This document shows positions 1 to 15,000 of a stretch of 64,000 nucleotides of DNA, piece by piece. The position numbers were made by a program, and so were the translations under genes. Under the pieces are notes generated by a model, which saw nothing but the letters and a program-made list of their open reading frames with translations, searched no databases and was not told the DNA's origin. How positions within the stretch are numbered: the first letter of the stretch is position 1; each line of letters opens with the position of its first letter. Source of the stretch: Eledone cirrhosa (Eukaryota); NCBI GenBank assembly GCA_964016885.1, contig OZ024742.1, forward strand, positions 368,714,001 to 368,778,000, in the 5' to 3' direction.

Positions 1-3000
1 CTACCAATAAACATATCCTACAAGACACCCTATTCCAATGTTCCGAGTCTACAAATAAACAGATCCTACAAGACATCCTATTCCAATGTTCCAAGTCTAC
101 CAATAAACAGATCCTACAAGACACCCTATTCCAATGTTTCAAGTCTGCCAATAAACAGATCCTACAAGACACCTTATTCCAATGTTCCGAGTCTACCAAT
201 AAACAGATCCTACAAGACACCCTATTCAAATGTTCCGAGTCTACCAATAAACAGATCCTACAAGACACCTTATTCCAATGTTCCAAGTCTACCAATAAAC
301 AGATCCAAACAAGACACCCTATTCCAATGTTCCGAGTCTACCAATAAACAGATCCTACAAGACACCCTATTCCAATGTTCCAAGTCTACCAATAAACAGA
401 TCCTACAAGACACCCTATTCCAATGTTCCAAGTCTACCAATAAACAGATCCTACAAGACACCCTATTCCAATGTTCCAAGTCTACCAATAAACAGATCCT
501 ACAAGACACCCTATTCCAATGTTCCAAGTCTACCAATAAACATATCCTACAAGACACCCTATTCCAATGTTCCAAGTCTACCAATAAACAGATCCTACAA
601 GACACCCTATTCCAATGTTTCAAGTCTACCAATAAACAGATCCTACAAGACACCCTATTCCAATGTTCCAAGTCTACCAATAAACAGATCCTACAAGACA
701 CCCTATTCAAATGTTCTGAGTCTACCAATAAACAGATCCTACAAGACACCTTATTCCAATGTTCCAAGTCTACCAATAAACAGATCCTACAAGACACCCT
801 ATTCCAATGTTCCGAGTCTACAAATAAACAGATCCTACAAGACACCCTATTCCAATGTTCCAAGTCTACCAATAAACATATCCTACAAGACACCCTATTC
901 CAATGTTCCAAGTCTACCAATAAACAGATCCTACAAGACACCCTATTCCAATGTTCCAAGTCTACCAATAAACAGATCCTACAAGACACCTTATTCCAAT
1001 GTTCCAAGTCTAGCAATAAACAGATCCTACAAGACACCCTATTCCAATGTTTCAAGTCTACCAATAAACAGATCCTACAAGACACCTTATTCCAATGTTC
1101 CGAGTCTACCAATAAACAGATCCTACAAGACACCCTATTCCAATGTTCCGAGTCTACCAATAAACAGATCCTACAAGACACCCTATTCCAATGTTCCAAG
1201 TCTACCAATAAACAGATCCTACAAGACACCCTATTCCAATGTTTCAAGTCTACCAATAAACAGATCCTACAAGACACCCTATTCCAATGTTCCGAGTCTA
1301 CCAATAAACAGATCCTACAAGACACCCTATTCCAATGTTCCAAGTCTACCAATAAACAGATCCTACAAGACACCCTACTCCAATGTTCCAAGTCTACCAA
1401 TAAACAGATCCTACAAGACACCCTATTCCAATGTTCCAAGTCTACCAATAAACAGATCCTACAAGACACCCTATTCCAATGTTTCAAGTCTACCAATAAA
1501 CAGATCCTACAAGACACCCTATTCCAATGTTCCGAGTCTACCAATAAACAGATCCTACAAGACACCCTATTCCAATGTTTCAAGTCTACCAATAAACAGA
1601 TCCTACAAGACACCCTATTCCAATGTTCCGAGTCTACCAATAAACAGATCCTACAAGACACCCTATTCCAATGTTCCAAGTCTACCAATAAACAGATCCT
1701 ACAAAACACCCTATTCCAATGTTCCAAGTCTACCAATAAACACATTCTACAAGACACCCTATTCCAATGTTCCAAGTCTACCAATAAACAGATCCTACAA
1801 GACACCCTATTCCAATGTTTCAAGTCTACCAATAAACAGATCCTACAAGACACCCTATTCCAATGTTTCAAGTCTACCAATAAACAGATTCTACAAGACA
1901 CCTTATTCCAAGTCTACCAATAAACAGATCCTACAAGACACCCTATTCCAATGTTTCAAGTCTACCAATAAACAGATTCTACAAGACACCTTATTCCAAG
2001 TCTACCAATAAACAGATCCTACAAGACACCCTATTCCAATGTTCCAAGTCTACCAATAAACAGATCCTACAAGACACCCTATTCCAATGTTCCAAGTCTA
2101 CCAATAAACAGATCCTACAAGACACCCTATTCCAATGTTCCAAGTCTACTAATAAACAGATCCTACAAGACACCTTATTCCAATGTTTCAAGTCTACCAA
2201 TAAACAGATTCTACAAGACACCTTATTCCAATGTTTCAAGTCTACTAATAAACAGATTCTACAAGACACCCTATTCCAATGTTCCGAGTCTACCAATAAA
2301 CAGATCCTACAAGACACCCTATTCCAATGTTCCAAGTCTACCAATAAACAGATCCTACAAGACACCCTATTCCAATGTTCCAAGTCTACTAATAAACAGA
2401 TCCTACAAGACACCTTATTCCAATGTTTCAAGTCTACCAATAAACAGATTCTACAAGACACCTTATTCCAATGTTTCAAGTCTACTAATAAACAGATTCT
2501 ACAAGACACCCTATTCCAATGTTCCGAGTCTACCAATAAACAGATCCTACAAGACACCCTATTCCAATGTTCCAAGTCTACCAATAAACAGATTCTACAA
2601 GACACCCTATTCAAATGTTCCGAGTCTACCAATAAACAGATCCTACAAGACACCTTATTCCAATGTTTCAAGTCTACCAATAAACAGATTCTACAAGACA
2701 CCTTATTCCAATGTTCCGAGTCTACCAATAAACAGATCCTACAAGACACCTTATTCCAATGTTCCAAGTCTACCAATAAACAGATCCTACAAGACACGCT
2801 ATTCCAATGTTCCAAGTCTACCAATAAACAGATCCTACAAGACACCTTATTCCAATGTTCCGAGTCTACCAATAAACAGATCCTACAAAACACCCTATTC
2901 CAATGTTACGAGTCTACCAATAAACAGATCCTACAAGACACCCTATTCCAATGTTCCAAGTCTACCAATAAACAGATCCTACAAGACACCCTACTCCAAT

Positions 3001-6000
3001 GTTCCAAGTCTACCAATAAACAGATTCTACAAGACACCCTATTCCAATGTTCCAAGTCTACCAATAAACAGATCCTACAAGACACCCTATTCCAATGTTC
3101 CGAGTCTACCAATAAACAGATCCTACAAGACACCCTATTCCAATGTTCCGAGTCTACCAATAAACAGATCCTACAAGACACCCTATTCAAATGTTCCAAG
3201 TCTACCAATAAACAGATCCTACAAGACACCCTATTCGAAGGTTCCAAGTCTACCAATAAACAGATCCTACAAGACACCCTATTCGAATGTTCCAAGTCTA
3301 CGAATAAACAGATGCTACAAGACACCCTATTCCAATGTTCCGAGTCTACCAATAAACAGATCCTACAAGACACCCTATTCAAATGTTCCAAGTCTACCAA
3401 TAAACACATCCTACAAGACACCCTATTCGAATGTTCCAAGTCTACCAATAAACAGATCCTACAAGACACCCTATTCTAATGTTCCAAATCTACCAATAAA
3501 CAGATCCTACAAGACACCCTATTCCAATGTTTCAAGTCTACCAATAAACAGATCCTACAAGACACCCTATTCCAATGTTCCAAGTCTACCAATAAACAAA
3601 TCCTACAAGACACCCTATTCCAATGTTCCGAGTCTACCAATAAACAGATCCTACAAGACACCCTATTCCAATGTTTCAAGTCTACCAATAAACAGATTAT
3701 ACAAGACACCTTATTCGAAGTCTACCAATAAACAGATCCTACAAGACACCCTATTCCAATGTTTCAAGTCTACCAATAAACAGATTCTTCAAGACACCTT
3801 ATTCGAAGTCTACCAATAAACAAATCCTACAAGACACCCTATTCCAATGTTCCGAGTCTACCAATAAACAGATCCTACAAGACACCCTATTCCAATGTTT
3901 CAAGTCTACCAATAAACAGATTCTACAAGACACCTTATTCGAAGTCTACCAATAAACAGATCCTACAAGACACCTTATTCCAATGTTTCAAGTCTACCAA
4001 TAAACAGATTCTACAAGACACCTTATTCCAATGTTTCAAGTCTACTAATAAACAGATCCTACAAGACACCTTATTCCAATGTTTCAAGTCTACCAATAAA
4101 CAGATCCTACAAGACACCCTATTCCAATGTTCCGAGTCTACCAATAAACAGATCCTACAAGACACCTTATTCCAATGTTCCAAGTCTACCAATAAACAGA
4201 TCCTACAAGACACCCTATTCCAATGTTCCGAGTCCACCAATAAACAGATCCTACAAGACACCCTATTCCAATGTTCCAAGTCTAACAATAAACAGATCCT
4301 ACAAGACACCCTATTCCAATGTTCCAAGTCTACCAATAAACAGAGCCTACAAGGCACCTTATTCCAATGTTCCAAGTCTACCAATAAACAGATCCTACAA
4401 GCTACCTTATTCCAATGTTCCAAGTCTACCAATAAACATATCCTACAAGACACCCTATTCCAATGTTCCAAGTCTACCAATAAACAGATCCTACAAGACA
4501 CCATATTCCAATGTTCCAAGTCTACCAATAAACAGATCCTACAAGACACCCTATTCCAATGTTCCAAGTCTACCAATAAACATATCCTACAAGACACCCT
4601 ATTCCCATGTTCCGAGTCTACCAATAAACAGATCCTACAAGACACCCTATTCCAATGTTTCAAGTCTACCAATAAACAGATTCTACAAGACACCTTATTC
4701 CAATGTTTCAAGTCTACCAATAAACAGATCGTACAAGACACCCTATTCAAATGTTCCGAGTCTACCAATAAACAGATTCTACAAGACACCCTATTCCAAT
4801 GTTCCGAGTCTACCAATAAACAGATCCTACAAGACACCCTATTCCAATGTTCCAAGTCTACCAATAAACAGATCCTACAAGACACCTTATTCCAATGTTC
4901 CAAGTCTACCAATAAACAGATCCTACAAGACACCCTATTCCAATGTTCCGAGTCCACCAATAAACAGATCCTACAAGACACCTTATTCCAATGTTCCAAG
5001 TCTACCAATAAACATATCCTACAAGACACCCTATTCCAATGTTCCAAGTCTACCAATAAACAGATCCTACAAGACACCCTATTCCAATGTTCCAAGTCTA
5101 CCAATAAACAGATCCTACAAGACACCCTATTCAAATGTTCTGAGTCTACCAATAAACAGATCCTACAAGACACCTTATTCCAATGTTCCAAGTCTACCAA
5201 TAAACAGACCCTACAAGACACCCTATTCCAATGTTCCAAGTCTACCAATAAACATATCCTACAAGACACCCTATTCCAATGTTCCAAGTCTACCAATAAA
5301 CAGATCCTACAAGACACCCTATTCAAATGTTCCGAGTCTACCAATAAACAGATTCTACAAGACACCCTATTCCAATGTTCCGAGTCTACCAATAAACAGA
5401 TCCTACAAGACACCCTATTCCAATGTTCCAAGTCTACCAATAAACAGATCCTACAAGACACCTTATTCCAATGTTCCAAGTCTACCAATAAACAGATCCT
5501 ACAAGACACCCTATTCCAATGTTCCGAGTCCACCAATAAACAGATCCTACAAGACACCTTATTCCAATGTTCCAAGTCTACCAATAAACATATCCTACAA
5601 GACACCCTATTCCAATGTTCCAAGTCTACCAATAAACAGATCCTACAAGACACCCTATTCCAATGTTCCAAGTCTACCAATAAACAGATCCTACAAGACA
5701 CCCTATTCAAATGTTCTGAGTCTACCAATAAACAGATCCTACAAGACACCTTATTCCAATGTTCCAAGTCTACCAATAAACAGATCCTACAAGACACCCT
5801 ATTCCAATGTTCCAAGTCTACCAATAAACATATCCTACAAGACACCCTATTCCAATGTTCCGAGTCTACAAATAAACAGATCCTACAAGACATCCTATTC
5901 CAATGTTCCAAGTCTACCAATAAACAGATCCTACAAGACACCCTATTCCAATGTTTCAAGTCTGCCAATAAACAGATCCTACAAGACACCATATTCCAAT

Positions 6001-9000
6001 GTTCCAAGTCTACCAATAAACAAATCCTACAAGACACCCTATTCCAATGTTCCGAGTCTACCAATAAACAGATCCTACAAGACACCCTATTCCAATGTTT
6101 CAAGTCTACCAATAAACAGATTATACAAGACACCTTATTCGAAGTCTACCAATAAACAGATCCTACAAGACACCCTATTCCAATGTTTCAAGTCTACCAA
6201 TAAACAGATTCTTCAAGACACCTTATTCGAAGTCTACCAATAAACAAATCCTACAAGACACCCTATTCCAATGTTCCAAGTCTACCAATAAACAGATCCT
6301 ACAAGACACCTTATTCCAATGTTCCAAGTCTACCAATAAACATATCCTACAAGACACCCTATTCCAATGTTCCAAGTCTACCAATAAACAGATTCTACAA
6401 GACAACCTATTCCAATGTTTCAAGTCTACTAATAAACAGATCCTACAAGACACCCTATTCCAATGTTTCAAGTCTACCAATAAACAGATCCTACAAGACA
6501 CCTTATTCCAATGTTCCAAGTCTACCAATAAACATATCCTACAAGACACCCTATTCCAATGTTCCAAGTCTACCAATAAACAGATTCTACAAGACACCCT
6601 ATTCCAATGTTTCAAGTCTACCAATAAACAGATTCTACAAGACACCTTATTCCAATGTTCCGAGTCTACCAATAAACAGATCCTACAAGACACCCTATTC
6701 AAATGTTCCGAGTCTACCAATAAACAGATCCTACAAGACACCTTATTCCAATGTTCCAAGTCTACCAATAAACAGATCCAAACAAGACACCCTATTCCAA
6801 TGTTCCGAGTCTACCAATAAACAGATCCTACAAGACACCCTATTCCAATGTTCCAAGTCTACCAATAAACAGATCCTACAAGACACCCTATTCCAATGTT
6901 CCAAGTCTACCAATAAACAGATCCTACAAGACACCCTATTCCAATGTTCCAAGTCTACCAATAAACAGATCCTACAAGACACCCTATTCCAATGTTCCAA
7001 GTCTACCAATAAACATATCCTACAAGACACCCTATTCCAATGTTCCAAGTCTACCAATAAACAGATCCTACAAGACACCCTATTCCAATGTTTCAAGTCT
7101 ACCAATAAACAGATCCTACAAGACACCCTATTCCAATGTTTCAAGTCTACCAATAAACATATCCTACAAGACACCCTATTCCAATGTTCCGAGTCTACCA
7201 ATAAACAGATCCTACAAGACACCCTATTCAAATGTTCCGAGTCTACCAATAAACAGATCCTACAAGACACCTTATTCCAATGTTCCAAGTCTACCAATAA
7301 ACAGATCCAAACAAGACACCCTATTCCAATGTTCCGAGTCTACCAATAAACAGATCCTACAAGACACCCTATTCCAATGTTCCAAGTCTACCAATAAACA
7401 GATCCTACAAGACACCCTATTCCAATGTTCCAAGTCTACCAATAAACAGATCCTACAAGACACCCTATTCCAATGTTCCAAGTCTACCAATAAACAGATT
7501 CTACAAGACACCCTATTCCAATGTTTCAAGTCTACCAATAAACAGATTCTACAAGACACCTTATTCCAATGTTCCGAGTCTACCAATAAACAGATCCTAC
7601 AAGACACCCTATTCAAATGTTCCGAGTCTACCAATAAACAGATCCTACAAGACACCTTATTCCAATGTTCCAAGTCTACCAATAAACAGATCCAAACAAG
7701 ACACCCTATTCCAATGTTCCGAGTCTACCAATAAACAGATCCTACAAGACACCCTATTCCAATGTTCCAAGTCTACCAATAAACAGATCCTACAAGACAC
7801 CCTATTCCAATGTTCCAAGTCTACCAATAAACAGATCCTACAAGACACCCTATTCCAATGTTCCAAGTCTACCAATAAACAGATCCTACAAGACACCCTA
7901 TTCCAATGTTCCAAGTCTACCAATAAACATATCCTACAAGACACCCTATTCCAATGTTCCAAGTCTACCAATAAACAGATCCTACAAGACACCCTATTCC
8001 AATGTTTCAAGTCTACCAATAAACAGATCCTACAAGACACCCTATTCCAATGTTTCAAGTCTACCAATAAACATATCCTACAAGACACCCTATTCCAATG
8101 TTCCGAGTCTACCAATAAACAGATCCTACAAGACACCCTATTCAAATGTTCCGAGTCTACCAATAAACAGATCCTACAAGACACCTTATTCCAATGTTCC
8201 AAGTCTACCAATAAACAGATCCAAACAAGACACCCTATTCCAATGTTCCGAGTCTACCAATAAACAGATCCTACAAGACACCCTATTCCAATGTTCCAAG
8301 TCTACCAATAAACAGATCCTACAAGACACCCTATTCCAATGTTCCAAGTCTACCAATAAACAGATCCTACAAGACACCCTATTCCAATGTTCCAAGTCTA
8401 CCAATAAACAGATCCTACAAGACACCCTATTCCAATGTTCCAAGTCTACCAATAAACATATCCTACAAGACACCCTATTCCAATGTTCCAAGTCTACCAA
8501 TAAACAGATCCTACAAGACACCCTATTCCAATGTTTCAAGTCTACCAATAAACAGATCCTACAAGACACCCTATTCCAATGTTTCAAGTCTACCAATAAA
8601 CAGATCCTACAAGACACCCTATTCCAATGTTCCAAGTCTACCAATAAACAGATCCTACAAGACACCCTATTCCAATGTTCCAAGTCTACTAATAAACAGA
8701 TCCTACAAGACACCTTATTCCAATGTTTCAAGTCTACCAATAAACAGATTCTACAAGACACCTTATTCCAATGTTTCAAGTCTACTAATAAACAGATTCT
8801 ACAAGACACCCTATTCCAATGTTCCGAGTCTACCAATAAACAGATCCTACAAGACACCCTATTCCAATGTTCCAAGTCTACCAATAAACAGATCCTACAA
8901 GACACCCTATTCCAATGTTCCAAGTCTACTAATAAACAGATCCTACAAGACACCTTATTCCAATGTTTCAAGTCTACCAATAAACAGATTCTACAAGACA

Positions 9001-12000
9001 CCTTATTCCAATGTTTCAAGTCTACTAATAAACAGATTCTACAAGACACCCTATTCCAATGTTCCGAGTCTACCAATAAACAGATCCTACAAGACACCCT
9101 ATTCCAATGTTCCAAGTCTACCAATAAACAGATTCTACAAGACACCCTATTCAAATGTTCCGAGTCTACCAATAAACAGATCCTACAAGACACCTTATTC
9201 CAATGTTTCAAGTCTACCAATAAACAGATTCTACAAGACACCTTATTCCAATGTTCCGAGTCTACCAATAAACAGATCCTACAAGACACCTTATTCCAAT
9301 GTTCCAAGTCTACCAATAAACAGATCCTACAAGACACGCTATTCCAATGTTCCAAGTCTACCAATAAACAGATCCTACAAGACACCTTATTCCAATGTTC
9401 CGAGTCTACCAATAAACAGATCCTACAAAACACCCTATTCCAATGTTACGAGTCTACCAATAAACAGATCCTACAAGACACCCTATTCCAATGTTCCAAG
9501 TCTACCAATAAACAGATCCTACAAGACACCCTACTCCAATGTTCCAAGTCTACCAATAAACAGATTCTACAAGACACCCTATTCCAATGTTCCAAGTCTA
9601 ACAATAAACAGATCCTACAAGACACCCTATTCCAATGTTCCGAGTCTACCAATAAACAGATCCTACAAGACACCCTATTCCAATGTTCCGAGTCTACCAA
9701 TAAACAGATCCTACAAGACACCCTATTCAAATGTTCCAAGTCTACCAATAAACAGATCCTACAAGACACCCTATTCGAAGGTTCCAAGTCTACCAATAAA
9801 CAGATCCTACAAGACACCCTATTCGAATGTTCCAAGTCTACGAATAAACAGATGCTACAAGACACCCTATTCCAATGTTCCGAGTCTACCAATAAACAGA
9901 TCCTACAAGACACCCTATTCAAATGTTCCAAGTCTACCAATAAACACATCCTACAAGACACCCTATTCGAATGTTCCAAGTCTACCAATAAACAGATCCT
10001 ACAAGACACCCTATTCTAATGTTCCAAATCTACCAATAAACAGATCCTACAAGACACCCTATTCCAATGTTTCAAGTCTACCAATAAACAGATCCTACAA
10101 GACACCCTATTCCAATGTTCCAAGTCTACCAATAAACAAATCCTACAAGACACCCTATTCCAATGTTCCGAGTCTACCAATAAACAGATCCTACAAGACA
10201 CCCTATTCCAATGTTTCAAGTCTACCAATAAACAGATTATACAAGACACCTTATTCGAAGTCTACCAATAAACAGATCCTACAAGACACCCTATTCCAAT
10301 GTTTCAAGTCTACCAATAAACAGATTCTTCAAGACACCTTATTCGAAGTCTACCAATAAACAAATCCTACAAGACACCCTATTCCAATGTTCCGAGTCTA
10401 CCAATAAACAGATCCTACAAGACACCCTATTCCAATGTTTCAAGTCTACCAATAAACAGATTCTACAAGACACCTTATTCGAAGTCTACCAATAAACAGA
10501 TCCTACAAGACACCTTATTCCAATGTTTCAAGTCTACCAATAAACAGATTCTACAAGACACCTTATTCCAATGTTTCAAGTCTACTAATAAACAGATCCT
10601 ACAAGACACCTTATTCCAATGTTTCAAGTCTACCAATAAACAGATCCTACAAGACACCCTATTCCAATGTTCCGAGTCTACCAATAAACAGATCCTACAA
10701 GACACCTTATTCCAATGTTCCAAGTCTACCAATAAACAGATCCTACAAGACACCCTATTCCAATGTTCCGAGTCCACCAATAAACAGATCCTACAAGACA
10801 CCCTATTCCAATGTTCCAAGTCTAACAATAAACAGATCCTACAAGACACCCTATTCCAATGTTCCAAGTCTACCAATAAACAGAGCCTACAAGGCACCTT
10901 ATTCCAATGTTCCAAGTCTACCAATAAACAGATCCTACAAGCTACCTTATTCCAATGTTCCAAGTCTACCAATAAACATATCCTACAAGACACCCTATTC
11001 CAATGTTCCAAGTCTACCAATAAACAGATCCTACAAGACACCATATTCCAATGTTCCAAGTCTACCAATAAACAGATCCTACAAGACACCCTATTCCAAT
11101 GTTCCAAGTCTACCAATAAACATATCCTACAAGACACCCTATTCCCATGTTCCGAGTCTACCAATAAACAGATCCTACAAGACACCCTATTCCAATGTTT
11201 CAAGTCTACCAATAAACAGATTCTACAAGACACCTTATTCCAATGTTTCAAGTCTACCAATAAACAGATCGTACAAGACACCCTATTCAAATGTTCCGAG
11301 TCTACCAATAAACAGATTCTACAAGACACCCTATTCCAATGTTCCGAGTCTACCAATAAACAGATCCTACAAGACACCCTATTCCAATGTTCCAAGTCTA
11401 CCAATAAACAGATCCTACAAGACACCTTATTCCAATGTTCCAAGTCTACCAATAAACAGATCCTACAAGACACCCTATTCCAATGTTCCGAGTCCACCAA
11501 TAAACAGATCCTACAAGACACCTTATTCCAATGTTCCAAGTCTACCAATAAACATATCCTACAAGACACCCTATTCCAATGTTCCAAGTCTACCAATAAA
11601 CAGATCCTACAAGACACCCTATTCCAATGTTCCAAGTCTACCAATAAACAGATCCTACAAGACACCCTATTCAAATGTTCTGAGTCTACCAATAAACAGA
11701 TCCTACAAGACACCTTATTCCAATGTTCCAAGTCTACCAATAAACAGACCCTACAAGACACCCTATTCCAATGTTCCAAGTCTACCAATAAACATATCCT
11801 ACAAGACACCCTATTCCAATGTTCCAAGTCTACCAATAAACAGATCCTACAAGACACCCTATTCAAATGTTCCGAGTCTACCAATAAACAGATTCTACAA
11901 GACACCCTATTCCAATGTTCCGAGTCTACCAATAAACAGATCCTACAAGACACCCTATTCCAATGTTCCAAGTCTACCAATAAACAGATCCTACAAGACA

Positions 12001-15000
12001 CCTTATTCCAATGTTCCAAGTCTACCAATAAACAGATCCTACAAGACACCCTATTCCAATGTTCCGAGTCCACCAATAAACAGATCCTACAAGACACCTT
12101 ATTCCAATGTTCCAAGTCTACCAATAAACATATCCTACAAGACACCCTATTCCAATGTTCCAAGTCTACCAATAAACAGATCCTACAAGACACCCTATTC
12201 CAATGTTCCAAGTCTACCAATAAACAGATCCTACAAGACACCCTATTCAAATGTTCTGAGTCTACCAATAAACAGATCCTACAAGACACCTTATTCCAAT
12301 GTTCCAAGTCTACCAATAAACAGATCCTACAAGACACCCTATTCCAATGTTCCAAGTCTACCAATAAACATATCCTACAAGACACCCTATTCCAATGTTC
12401 CGAGTCTACAAATAAACAGATCCTACAAGACATCCTATTCCAATGTTCCAAGTCTACCAATAAACAGATCCTACAAGACACCCTATTCCAATGTTTCAAG
12501 TCTGCCAATAAACAGATCCTACAAGACACCCTATTCCAATGTTCCAAGTCTACCAATAAACAAATCCTACAAGACACCCTATTCCAATGTTCCGAGTCTA
12601 CCAATAAACAGATCCTACAAGACACCCTATTCCAATGTTTCAAGTCTACCAATAAACAGATTATACAAGACACCTTATTCGAAGTCTACCAATAAACAGA
12701 TCCTACAAGACACCCTATTCCAATGTTTCAAGTCTACCAATAAACAGATTCTTCAAGACACCTTATTCGAAGTCTACCAATAAACAAATCCTACAAGACA
12801 CCCTATTCCAATGTTCCAAGTCTACCAATAAACAGATCCTACAAGACACCTTATTCCAATGTTCCAAGTCTACCAATAAACATATCCTACAAGACACCCT
12901 ATTCCAATGTTCCAAGTCTACCAATAAACAGATTCTACAAGACAACCTATTCCAATGTTTCAAGTCTACTAATAAACAGATCCTACAAGACACCCTATTC
13001 CAATGTTTCAAGTCTACCAATAAACAGATCCTACAAGACACCTTATTCCAATGTTCCAAGTCTACCAATAAACATATCCTACAAGACACCCTATTCCAAT
13101 GTTCCAAGTCTACCAATAAACAGATTCTACAAGACACCCTATTCCAATGTTTCAAGTCTACCAATAAACAGATTCTACAAGACACCTTATTCCAATGTTC
13201 CGAGTCTACCAATAAACAGATCCTACAAGACACCCTATTCAAATGTTCCGAGTCTACCAATAAACAGATCCTACAAGACACCTTATTCCAATGTTCCAAG
13301 TCTACCAATAAACAGATCCAAACAAGACACCCTATTCCAATGTTCCGAGTCTACCAATAAACAGATCCTACAAGACACCCTATTCCAATGTTCCAAGTCT
13401 ACCAATAAACAGATCCTACAAGACACCCTATTCCAATGTTCCAAGTCTACCAATAAACAGATCCTACAAGACACCCTATTCCAATGTTCCAAGTCTACCA
13501 ATAAACAGATCCTACAAGACACCCTATTCCAATGTTCCAAGTCTACCAATAAACATATCCTACAAGACACCCTATTCCAATGTTCCAAGTCTACCAATAA
13601 ACATATCCTACAAGACACCCTATTCCAATGTTCCAAGTCTACCAATAAACAGATCCTACAAGACACCCTATTCCAATGTTTCAAGTCTACCAATAAACAG
13701 ATCCTACAAGACACCCTATTCCAATGTTTCAAGTCTACCAATAAACATATCCTACAAGACACCCTATTCCAATGTTCCGAGTCTACCAATAAACAGATCC
13801 TACAAGACACCCTATTCAAATGTTCCGAGTCTACCAATAAACAGATCCTACAAGACACCTTATTCCAATGTTCCAAGTCTACCAATAAACAGATCCAAAC
13901 AAGACACCCTATTCCAATGTTCCGAGTCTACCAATAAACAGATCCTACAAGACACCCTATTCCAATGTTCCAAGTCTACCAATAAACAGATCCTACAAGA
14001 CACCCTATTCCAATGTTCCAAGTCTACCAATAAACAGATCCTACAAGACACCCTATTCCAATGTTCCAAGTCTACCAATAAACAGATCCTACAAGACACC
14101 CTATTCCAATGTTCCAAGTCTACCAATAAACATATCCTACAAGACACCCTATTCCAATGTTCCAAGTCTACCAATAAACAGATCCTACAAGACACCCTAT
14201 TCCAATGTTTCAAGTCTACCAATAAACAGATCCTACAAGACACCCTATTCCAATGTTTCAAGTCTACCAATAAACAGATCCTACAAGACACCCTATTCCA
14301 ATGTTCCAAGTCTACCAATAAACAGATCCTACAAGACACCCTATTCAAATGTTCTGAGTCTACCAATAAACAGATCCTACAAGACACCTTATTCCAATGT
14401 TCCAAGTCTACCAATAAACAGATCCTACAAGACACCCTATTCCAATGTTCCGAGTCTACGAATAAACAGATCCTACAAGACACCCTATTCCAATGTTCCA
14501 AGTCTACCAATAAACAGATCCTACAAGACACCCTATTCCAATGTTCCAAGTCTACCAATAAACAGATCCTACAAGACACCTTATTCCAATGTTCCAAGTC
14601 TAGCAATAAACAGATCCTACAAGACACCCTATTCCAATGTTCCAAGTCTACCAATAAACATATCCTACAAGACACCCTATTCCAATGTTCCAAGTCTACC
14701 AATAAACAGATTCTACAAGACACCTTATTCCAATGTTCTGAGTCTACCAATAAACAGATCCTACAAGACACCTTATTCCAATGTTCCAAGTCTACCAATA
14801 AACAGATCCTACAAGACACCCTATTCCAATGTTCCGAGTCTACAAATAAACAGATCCTACAAGACATCCTATTCCAATGTTCCAAGTCTACCAATAAACA
14901 GATCCTACAAGAGACCCTATTCCAATGTTTCAAGTCTGCCAATAAACAGATCCTACAAGACACCCTATTCCAATGTTCCAAGTCTACCAATAAACAAATC